Shown piece after piece: positions 1 to 9,245 of a stretch of 64,000 nucleotides of DNA. Below the pieces are notes generated by a model. That model was given only the letters and a program-made list of their open reading frames with translations, did not search any database and was not told the DNA's origin. The translations under genes were made by a program, and so were the position numbers. Source of the DNA: Laetmonice hystrix (Eukaryota); contig OZ249440.1 of assembly GCA_965235115.1 (NCBI GenBank), positions 32,242,001 to 32,306,000 on the forward strand, read 5' to 3'. How positions within the stretch are numbered: the stretch's first letter is position 1; each line of letters opens with the position of its first letter.

Positions 1-593
1 TCTAGTCTTGTCTGTTTCATTTCATTTACGGCTTTTCTAGACTCTTCTTTTAGCAAGTCTTGCAGTTTGTAAACGCAGTCCAGCATCTGTGTAGGTCTGC
101 TGTTTCAGAGCAAAGTCTACAATTTGCACTGCATTCTGCCACGCTTTTTTAGGGGTTTCAACAGGCATGGTAGTAGGAGGGGGGGGGGCAAAACTGTTAG
201 CTTAATGTGTGATGGAAGCCTGGCGGGGAAGGTGAGAGACTGGGCCTAGCAGCCGTGGTGGGGCCGGGCAGGCAAGGTGAGACACGTGGCCATTGTGGGA
301 TGGAAGTGGGTGGGTGGGTGGGGGTTGGGGGTGTTGGTGTTGGGTCGGCAGGATGCCAGGCAGGCGGGCATGAGGAGACAACAGTGTTATGACTAGCCAC
401 GGCTGATTCTCAAAGGCTGGTCGCTGATAAGGGGTGACCAGTGGAGTTGATGCAGGGATATGCCGGTCGCTGGTCGTTAGTGCCGGGTGGTCGCTTATAA
501 GGGTGGAATTATAGTGTGAAGTGGTTAATGCAGTGGAAATGCGGTCGCTAGAGGCGGGTGGTCGCTTATAGGGGGTGGTCTTTAACATGGGGA

Positions 594-1260
594 CAAGAAG
601 AGGTCCTTATCCAAGAACTTGTTGTTCCTGACCAAGATCATGAAGATGAACATGAAGAAGGTAGATTATGCCATGCTGTATTGTGATCAGTCTTCAGATT
701 GGTACTCCAATACTTGCATTGTTGCATAATGTGGAGTACACCTTAACAATGATGCAACCAATGTACATATAGTAATAATGACAAACCATTAATGACATAC
801 CGGTGCGTGCGGTAGATACCGTAGCTGTCTTCATGTTGCACGCAGCATGTTGAGTGGCTTGGTTTTCTGTATGTGCAGAAAAAGAGCGTTAATTTTTTAA
901 TAAATATCAGAACCAAAATGGAGTAAGGTACGAATGTACAGTATTTGACAGATCTGACAACAGTTACATCATAGATTTATGCAAAGCTCAAGGTATATGA
1001 TTTAAGGGTGTTGGGGTTGCTAAAAAAGACCAATTCTGCAGTTATTAGGGGGTGAATCTTTACAAATGTCACATCTTACATAATTAACACGATAAAAGAA
1101 ATGTACAAACTATTACTGTCTACATTATGCAACAATGCAAGTATTGGAGTACCAATCTGAAGACTGATCACAATACAGCATGACATAATCTACCTTCTTC
1201 ATGTTCATCTTCATGATCTTGGTCAGGAACAACAAGTTCTTGGATGAGGACCTCTTCTTG
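594..1260. repeat. Inverted repeat, arms 594..732 and 1122..1260 (~139 bp)
   Basis: caagaagaggtcc...gcataatgt at 594-732 is the near-perfect reverse complement of 1122-1260. Confidence 0.9.
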
Positions 1261-1699
1261 TTGTCCATCCTCTGAAACATGTGATCAGATCATCAGTGAT
1301 AGTGATATGATTTGAATACTCTGTGTATATTTCTAAGTGGGAGGGAAGAGAGGGACAGACAGAAGAGAGAGGGGGAGAGGGAGAGAGGGGAAAGAGAGAG
1401 AAAGTACGGATTGCCCACCCCCCCCCCCCCACCCCCCGTATCCCAGTCCGCCTACAGAAAACTATCTGTATTGTCATAACAGCAAATTTCAAGGTTGGTG
1501 GAACGTGTGGGGTTTGTTATGGATAACAAGGATAAACTAGTGGCCAGGTGCCATTGGCACAGGTATCCCATTCACAGATATGATGTAAACAAATTTTGAC
1601 TGGACTGGATTATGTTAGTTACTATGCTCTATGTTAAGACATCAGGCATCACGTGATTAGAACAATCGTATTGTCACGTGATAAGGCAAAAAAACAAAG

Positions 1700-2370
1700 T
1701 GGCCGTATCTGACCGCCATCTTGGATTTTTCACATTCAGGTCAAATGGGTTAAGTTTTCCACCCTAACCCCAATGGTGAAAACCAGACATTGATATCTTT
1801 AACCGTTTTAGAGATATCACTGATTTTTGTTTGGAAATGACCTAAAAGGGCCAATTTTGAGGGGTCATAACATGGAAACTATAGATTTTAGGAGAGCCAT
1901 CTCGGTGTCAGAGACAGCTGACCTATTACCCAATCCAATGGTGCTAAAATCAGAAATTAGGTCAACTTGGCCGCCATCTTGGATTTTTCAAATTCAGTTC
2001 ATATGGGTCAAATTTTCCATCTTAACCCAATGGTGAAAACCAGACGTTGATATCTTTAACCGTTTTAGAGATAGCAATGATTTTTGGTTAAAAATGACCT
2101 AAAAGGGTCAACTTTGAGGGGCCATAACATGAAAACTATTGATTTTAGGAGAGCCATCTCGGTGTCAGAGACAGCTGACCCATTACCCAATCCAATGGTG
2201 TTAAAATCAAACATTAGGTCAACTTGTCCGCCATCTTGGATTTTTCAAAATCAAGGAAAATGGGTCAAGTTTTCCCTCTTAACCCCAATGGCGAAAACCA
2301 GACATTGATATCTTTAACCGTTTTCGAGATATCACTGATTTTTGGTTGAAAATGACCTAAAAAGGGTCAT
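1700..2370. repeat. Tandem ~257-bp repeat (about 2.5 units)
   Basis: gagccatctcggtgtcagagac recurs at 1894 and 2151; gccgccatcttggattttt recurs three times. Confidence 0.9.
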
Positions 2371-2379
2371 GGAGCCAGA

Positions 2380-3630
2380 TGGGGTCACGTGACAGCATTC
2401 AAATAGGGAAATGAAAGGTGATATAAGATGTCCCATGAGTTTAATTAGTAACCATGCACACATCTGGCTCTTTTACCAAGTTACAGTCATCTGAAATTAC
2501 CGATGACGTCATAGGGTCAGGTTGAGCCACGTGACCTAAATAAAAATGGTGTCATTTGAAAGGCCATATATGACTTCCTATCTGTCCCCTATCTGTTTCC
2601 AAGTTACTGCTAGCTGAAGATATCGATGACGTCATAGGGCCACGTAGGGTCACGTGACCTAATTAAAAATTGAGTCATTTGAAAGGCTATATATGACTTC
2701 CTATCAGTCTTCAATAGTAACTATGGGCCTATCTGGCTCTGTTTCCAAGTTACTGCTATCTGAAAATACCGATGACGTCATAGGGTCACATAGGGTCACG
2801 TGACCTAAATAAAAATGGTGTCATTTGAAAGGCCATATATGACTTCCTATCTGCCTTCAATAGTAACTATGGGCCTATGTGGCTCTGTTTCCAAGTTACT
2901 GCCAGCTGAAAATACTGATGACGTCATACAGCCATGTAGGGTCACGTGACCTAATTAAAAATGGTGTCATTTGAAAGGCCATATATGACTTCCTATCTGT
3001 CTTCAATAGTAACTATGGCCCTATCTGGCTCTGCTTCCAAGTTACAGCCATCTTAAAATACCGATGACGTCATAGGGCCACGTAGGGTCACGTGACCTAA
3101 TTAAAAATGGTGTGATTTGAAAGGCCATATATGACTTCCTATCTGTCCCCAATAGTAACTATGGGCCTATCTAGCTCTGTTTCCAAGTTACTGCTATCTG
3201 AAAATACCGATGACGTCATAGGGTCACGTAGGGTCACGTGACCTAAATAAAAATGGTATCATTTGAAAGGCCATACATGACTTCCTATCTGTCTTCAATA
3301 GTAACTAAGGGCCTATCTCGCTCTGTTTCCAAGTTATTGCTAATTGAAAATACCGATGACGTCATAGAGTCACGTAGGGTCACGTGACCTAAATAAAAAT
3401 GGTGTCATTTGAAAGGCCATATATGACTTCCTATCTGTCTTCAATAGTAACTATGGGCCTATCTGGCTCTGTTTCCAAGTTATTGCTAATTGAAAATACC
3501 GATGACGTCATAGAGTCACGTAGGGTCACGTGACCTAAATAAAAATGGTGTCATTTGAAAGGCCATACATGACTTCCTATCTGTCTTCAATAGTAACTAT
3601 GGGCCTATGTGGCCCTGTTTCCAAGATATT
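2380..3630. repeat. Tandem 146-bp repeat (about 8 units)
   Basis: gatgacgtcata at 2771, 2917, 3063, 3209, 3355, 3501 (period 146), with degenerate units at 2502 and 2625. Confidence 0.95.
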
Positions 3631-4577
3631 GCCATGAATGTCTTAATTGACCCATTTACCAAATTTCAGGGGCTGATATTTGGGTCAAAATAGGCCAAAT
3701 CAAAATTTTAGACGATAACTTTTTTAAATCCCCCCATGTAGTCTCCCTGAACTTAATTTTGACTCCAATTAACTAAAATTCTGGCGCGTGAAAAGTTTAA
3801 GTCAAATTTTGACCCATAACCTAGATCTCAAGAAGGTCAAAGGTCAAAGGTCAAATTCCAAGACGCTATGTTAGCAGGGCCTTGGCCAAAATTACTGGTA
3901 TATAGAATTTTTCGAAAATCCCAATTTCCTGGAAAAGAGAGGCCAATATATCTGGAACCGTTTTTACGTCATTACGTCATGACGTTACGTCATATGACGT
4001 CATGGGTCACATGGCCAACTCAACTTACCATGGTCGACCTATGTGCCAAGTTTCATCGAGATATATTGAAAAATAATACCAATTAGGGGTACAAAGTTAA
4101 CAACTACTACTACTACATCTACGGGAATAATAATAAGGAAGATGAAACCATACAATTTCAAAATCCCATTCACCTTCTAGAGAAGGTGAATGGGATAATA
4201 ATTTTGGCAGATTTATGACTATCCAACTTACCACTCACAACTGTGGCCTGGATGGTGGGGCCGGTCATCACTTCCACCACTAGATTGGTAAAACACATAA
4301 TTATCTGACATTAATGTACAAATTTATTACTCTTTGATTACTCACATGATAGGGTAGCATTTAAGAATGCCTGTAAACATGAAGGCAGTAATTTGACATT
4401 CTTTTGTCAGTTTAATGCATTGGCTAATAGGGCGCGCCGCCGAAAGTAGTATCTCGCTACCTCGCCAGGGGGCGGACGTGTAGTAGTCGCCCCTCTCATT
4501 CCAATTCCGGCTTAGACAGCCATTACAGTCAGCGGTCCGTCGTGAAGGCCTAGGCCCGTGTTGTGTGACCACCGCAG

Positions 4578-5014
4578 AGTAGTGGGCGGGCCTGTTTTGC
4601 CCCAGAAAAATATGATCCCCCCTTCTGACCTGCCCCCTCAATGTTTAGCCCCCCAAGTAGCCTGACCTGATGGGGTCAACATGGCCATGTTGGGGCGGGG
4701 GGTAAAGTAGGTCACACGAGGTGACGTGAGGACACGATGGGGCTGAGTTGGGGCTGGAGTGTGAGGGAGGGAGGGGGTACAGCCGCCCCCTATGTAAGTG
4801 ACCTAAAGGAGTCATCCTGGCGGGGTTGGGGCGGGGGGTAAAGTGGGTCACACGAGATGACGTGAGGACACGATGGGGCTGAGTTGGGGGCTGGAGTGTG
4901 AGGGAGGGAGGGGGTACAGCCGCCCCTATGTAAGTGACCTGACGGAGTCATCCTGGCGGGGTTGGGGGTAAAGTGGGTCACATGGGGTAACTGTGAGGTG
5001 GGTTGGGGGTTGAT
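4578..5014 (+). repeat. Polinton left TIR, with two ~135-bp internal G-rich tandem units
   Basis: Reverse complement of 22200..22650 apart from a few substitutions and homopolymer-length differences. Confidence 0.95.
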
Positions 5015-5111
5015 ATGTGGGAGAGGGGTAAATATGGGTGTTAAAATGAGTTTGTTAACGAATAAAACTATGTGTTTGACAGGTGTTGAGTTAGTTGAAT
5101 ACGGTATTGCG

Positions 5112-5435
5112 ATGAGCAAACGTGTGAGGCGTAACTGGGGTGTGTTAAACCTGTTAATGCAAGACATCGAGTTAAAGCAAGTGAAAGCAGTTTTGGGGAC
5201 GTTGACGCCTGACCAGGTGGTGGCAATAAGTGAAGTTGCAGTGAATGTATTGTACGGTGTTTTACCTATAACGTCGGTGCATAAAGAACGGTTGAGAAAA
5301 TACTCTGATACGATTGATGATATTGGGAATGCAACATACAGTGTGGGCAAACGGAAGGTAGCGATTGTGTCGAATCCTAAAGCGGTGATGATGCTTATGA
5401 GTGCCGCAAGGCCCGTGTTGCAGACATATATGTAA
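5112..5435 (+). CDS. Small conserved Polinton protein (PW-like), 107 aa
   Basis: MSKRVRRNWGVLNLL...ISEVAVNVLYGVLPIT...KERLRKYS resembles the recalled Maverick PW pattern (xxExxxNxLxGxxP...KxxLxxY); typical position beside the TIR. Confidence 0.6.
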   Translation: MSKRVRRNWGVLNLLMQDIELKQVKAVLGTLTPDQVVAISEVAVNVLYGVLPITSVHKERLRKYSDTIDDIGNATYSVGKRKVAIVSNPKAVMMLMSAARPVLQTYM

Positions 5436-5436
5436 G

Positions 5437-5720
5437 ATGAGTGCTCGCAAGATGATTTTGATACCTGTCGAGAAGTATGTGGCGTTACGTAGTGTGGAGA
5501 GTAGGCCTGTGTCACCGAAGTCTGGCAAGAGCATGCCGGTGTCACCCCCGCGAGAGTAGATGTGACAGAAACTTAACCAGGCAACCAAAAATCTGAGGAT
5601 GCAGTGTTGCCAGTAAAATCTGTAACGGGTGACGTTGTGCCTGAGGGTGTGGAAAAGCAACCTGTTTTTGTGGTGCGTCGGAAACGAAAGTCTAGGTGTT
5701 CTACGTGGATAAACCTGTGA
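5437..5720 (+). pseudogene. Disrupted small Polinton ORF (KMILIP N-terminus, possibly PZ-related)
   Basis: ATG 5437 reads MSARKMILIPVEKYVALRS then stops; another frame resumes after TAA 5574 and ends TWINL-TGA overlapping the integrase ATG; needs one frameshift and one nonsense change. Confidence 0.45.
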
Positions 5721-6832
5721 TGGAGGCGCGCGTGCGGCGGCGGTATAAGGATGTGGAAGCGGCAGGCAGTTATCAGGGACCGCTCAAGTTGTACAAAAGT
5801 GTGGAACGTCGTCGCGGTGTGACATTGCAGGGTATACGCGATGCATTACAAAAGGAAAACTCATACACTTTGAACCGGAAAGTTATATCCAAGTTTCCCA
5901 GGAACAGGGTGGTTGTGGAGGGAATAGATAGCCAGGCCGATGCCGACCTGGCTGACATGTCGCTGCTGAGAAACGCTAACGATGGATACCGCTATTTGCT
6001 TGTGTTAATTGATATATTCAGTCGCTATGTGTGGGTCAGACCATTCAGTCGCTATGTGTGGGTCAGACCATTGAAAACAAAGTATGCAAAGGAGGTGACA
6101 CAGGCGCTGAGGGACATATTTGCAGAAGGGAGGACGCCTAGGACAATTAGAACAGATGGCGGGCGAGAATTTCAGAATAATGTTGTCAAGGCGTTTCTCG
6201 CAGACCTGGGGGTAAACATGTTTGCCACGCACAATACGACACAGGCAAATTATGTTGAGCGCGTGATTAAGACACTAAAGACTAAGCTGTACAGATACTT
6301 GATTGAAAACAACACGTTACGGTACGTGGACGTGCTGCAGAGCATTACTACGAGTTACAATGCCACTGTACATGGAAGTTTGGGTCGCGCGCCTAAGGAC
6401 GTGACAAAGGAAAGTGAGGCGGAGGTGCGGTACGCGCAGTACCGGCTGCGGAGAAAGCCCAAGAACGATTACCAGCATCCTAATCAGAAATTTCATTTCA
6501 GTGTTGGCGATCAAGTGCGAATTCCCTACACTTCAGATAAATTTGACAGGGAATATTCCCAAAGATGGAGTGGCGAAGTGTTTACAGTGGCCAGTAGGCG
6601 TCGCCGCCACAGTATACCGATATACACCTTAGATGACTGGCACGGGGAGCGAATAAAAGGTACATTTTATCAGCAACAACTTCAAAAGGTCGACGTAAGT
6701 GAGCGGGACAATTTCAAGATCGAAAAAATTCTGAAAAGGAGAAGGCGGGGCGGGAGATCTGAGGTTCTTGTCAAGTGGTTGGATTGGCCTAAGAAATTCA
6801 ACCAGTGGATTGACGAGGCGTCCATAGTCTAA
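5720..6832 (+). CDS. Retroviral-like (rve) DDE integrase with C-terminal chromodomain
   Basis: ADLADM, IDIFSRY, RTDGGREF, VERVIKTLK core motifs; FKIEKILKRR...LVKWLDWPKKFNQWI chromodomain; carries an in-frame 27-bp duplication. Confidence 0.95.
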   Translation: MEARVRRRYKDVEAAGSYQGPLKLYKSVERRRGVTLQGIRDALQKENSYTLNRKVISKFPRNRVVVEGIDSQADADLADMSLLRNANDGYRYLLVLIDIFSRYVWVRPFSRYVWVRPLKTKYAKEVTQALRDIFAEGRTPRTIRTDGGREFQNNVVKAFLADLGVNMFATHNTTQANYVERVIKTLKTKLYRYLIENNTLRYVDVLQSITTSYNATVHGSLGRAPKDVTKESEAEVRYAQYRLRRKPKNDYQHPNQKFHFSVGDQVRIPYTSDKFDREYSQRWSGEVFTVASRRRRHSIPIYTLDDWHGERIKGTFYQQQLQKVDVSERDNFKIEKILKRRRRGGRSEVLVKWLDWPKKFNQWIDEASIV

Positions 6833-6834
6833 TA

Positions 6835-7242
6835 ATGGAACATTTTGTGTTTTTAAAGAGTGACGATTCTAAGAACTTTCACCCCGGTAATACACCATAC
6901 CGCTTCACCACGGTGCTGTCTGAAACCCTAAAGTTGGACGTGGGTACGTGGTACTGTGCCTTGCGTGACATTCAGTGTGCTTTTGGAAGCCTGGCCGATT
7001 TGTATGTTTATTGCGACATAGTTGAAGACAGTCATGTGCTGGGAGTTAAGTTACCCATACTGCAGCGCATTACGCCACAGTCCACGGGCCGCACAGTTCA
7101 CTCTTACGATTCAACTGTCTGCTTCAAAGTCAACCGGTCGCTTGTGAACAACATAACCGTGTATATAAGGACAGAACATTTCACAATCCCGATAGTTGCT
7201 CAAGAGCCAACGACCTGTACACTCCACTTTATGAGAAAATGA
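6835..7242 (+). CDS. Minor capsid (penton, PX-type) protein, 135 aa
   Basis: FLKSDDSKNFHPGNTPYRFT...WYCAL...LYVYCDIV...PILQRI...TLHF matches the Polinton penton pattern. Confidence 0.85.
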   Translation: MEHFVFLKSDDSKNFHPGNTPYRFTTVLSETLKLDVGTWYCALRDIQCAFGSLADLYVYCDIVEDSHVLGVKLPILQRITPQSTGRTVHSYDSTVCFKVNRSLVNNITVYIRTEHFTIPIVAQEPTTCTLHFMRK

Positions 7243-7640
7243 CTGCCGAGCAGTGGAAGAAACACTACAGCGACATGTCTGAGGGGGTGACCCGCCCGCA
7301 AAAGAATGGGGTGTGGAGTTTGAAGGACCCAGTGGGGCCGGCAAGGGAACCGACTCCGCTGCCTATACGTGTTGTCAGCCATACGCAACAGGCTGTAGAG
7401 CAGGCAAAGTCGAAAAGAAAGCGCGAGAGTCGTCAGAGTGGTGATGCCCGGCGGTCAACATCATCGACCAATAAAAAGCGGCGCGTGGTGAATGGGGCGG
7501 CAAGGAAACGTCGAAAGAGTGGCATAAAAAGAAAGGCTGTGGCTAAACGGCGGCAGTCTAACAAAGTGACTAAGGGACGAAAGAGATCAGTGTCGACACA
7601 GCACAAATCACGTTACAAAAACCACACCCGGCAGTTCTAA
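7239..7640 (+). CDS. Basic Arg/Lys-rich putative virion core (DNA-condensing) protein
   Basis: VVSHTQQAVEQAKS followed by a long K/R-rich tail; lies between penton and major capsid genes. Confidence 0.65.
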   Translation: MTAEQWKKHYSDMSEGVTRPQKNGVWSLKDPVGPAREPTPLPIRVVSHTQQAVEQAKSKRKRESRQSGDARRSTSSTNKKRRVVNGAARKRRKSGIKRKAVAKRRQSNKVTKGRKRSVSTQHKSRYKNHTRQF

Positions 7641-8952
7641 TGGCACTCGCACATGGAGATAACCTGGCCCTATTTTATAAGCCTCCCAAGGACACGACGG
7701 TCAAGTCGGTAGAATGGGTGGAGTATAGACCCGTAGGCCAGCTCAATTCGGAGGGGGCGTTAGAGTTCAACATATCTGGCAACAGTAATAGATACATTGA
7801 TCTGTCGCGGACCCGCATCAAGATTCGACTGCGCATTCTTCAGGGAAATGGCGACAAGTTGCCTGCATATACCCCCGGCGATGACAAGACTGCCGTCGCC
7901 AAAGTGGCTCCCGTGAATCAGCTTTTACAGAGCATGTGGCGGCAGGTTGACGTGGCGCTACAGCAACAGGTGATTTCACCAAACGTGTCGACCAAGTACG
8001 CGTACAAGGCGTACCTAGAGACGGTGCTCAGCTATGGGGACGAAGCTAAACGGTCTAAGCTCCAATCTCAACTCTACTTTAAAGACATGGGGGACGTGGC
8101 ATGCAACGATCCGATGGAAGGGACGAACCCGGGTCTAATCCTACGCGGGACATATACAGAGCAAAGCAAGCAGGTCGACATGGAGGGGCCCGTGTATGCC
8201 GACATATGCCAGCAGAACAGATACGTGCCCAATGGTGTGCAGGTGTCGTTCAAGTTTTGGCCCAGCAGCAACGAGTTTAAACTGATTAGTCCTGCCCCAA
8301 ATGCCAATTACAAACTGGACATAACGGATGCCGTTCTCAAAGTGTACACTGTGGAAGTGGCCCCTAACGTTGTCCTGGCTCACGCGGAACAATTAAAAAA
8401 AACCCCGCCTCTTATTTTTACTGGCGCACGGACATGAAATCGTTTGCCATGGCCAAGGGACAGTTCAGCTGCACACTGGAAGACATATACCAGGGTGACG
8501 TGCCTAACCAGGTTGTTATAGGCATAGTGGGGTCCGAGGCCTACATGGGGAGTTACGCGAAAAACCCGTTTAATTTCAAGCACTATAATTGTAACTTCAT
8601 GGCGCTGTACGTGGACGGTAGGTCCGTGCCAGCCGCGCCCATAACTCCCGACTATAAATCGGGTAATTATCTGTCTGCCTACATGACACTGTTTGGCGAC
8701 GACTATGATATGGACAAGGGTAACGGTATTGAGAGGGGTGATTACGATAAGGGGTACTGTCTGTACATGTTTGACACCTGTCAGAATCACTGTAAAGAGT
8801 ACGCTAAGGAGGTCCGTAAGGGGCACACGCGGGTTGAGATAAAGTTGGCCGAGGCTCTACCTGAAGCAGCCACTATCATTATTGCAGCCAAGTTCCCTGG
8901 GCAGATAGAAATTGATGAAATGCGAAGTGTGCGTGTAATTGCCGCCGAGTAA
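7640..8952 (+). pseudogene. Major capsid protein (PY/hexon-like double jelly-roll), split by a 1-nt frameshift near 8395-8406
   Basis: EYRP, YIDLSRT, YAYKAYLETVL, GSYAKNPFNFKHY motifs; ORFs 7640..8437 and 8434..8952 join if one base is added in the A8/C4 run. Confidence 0.9.
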
Positions 8953-8971
8953 TGTGTATAACACATGTGAA

Positions 8972-8977
8972 AATAAA
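8972..8977 (+). terminator. Probable polyadenylation signal AATAAA after the capsid gene
   Basis: 20 bp after the capsid stop, in the AT-rich gap between convergent capsid and PolB genes. Confidence 0.5.
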
Positions 8978-9245
8978 CACTTGTACCCAAAAGAACGGAA
9001 AACGTGTTGTTAGAATTCAACATTTAAAAAAATGTATGTTTATTATAGCATTTCAAACAGGGTGGTAAAAACCCAAACGATATAAAAGTTGTTATAATAA
9101 CATAACTTAATAACCCCGAATAAATATAATCACCATAGCAATCACAAGCAAAAGTAACACGAGGGCCACAAAAAGTGTATGCCCTGTAAAATATAACAAG
9201 CGTCCAGCGCACAAAAGTTTACGAATAAATAAATACACGTTCCTA

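Larger units (their letters stand above)
1535..4198 (-). mobile_element. Non-autonomous Helentron-type element (HINE-like) with internal satellite arrays
   Basis: On the minus strand it starts with TT plus a hairpin formed by subTIR atcccattcac/gtgaatgggat (4163-4196), has an (ACT)n microsatellite near 4103, and ends with subTIR + palindrome gtgccaatggcac + CTAG-TT near 1535-1575. Confidence 0.7.

Noticed and set aside
1827..2308. Repeated ORFs (also 45950..46406) as a gene family
   Set aside because: They are chance readings of the 257-bp satellite with non-ATG starts.
2380..3630. Regular repeats as a CRISPR array
   Set aside because: Whole 146-bp units repeat with no unique spacers, there are no cas genes, and the context is eukaryotic.
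4645..5545. Minus-strand Pro-rich ORFs across the left TIR
   Set aside because: They translate the C-rich TIR strand and are antisense to the PW-like gene.
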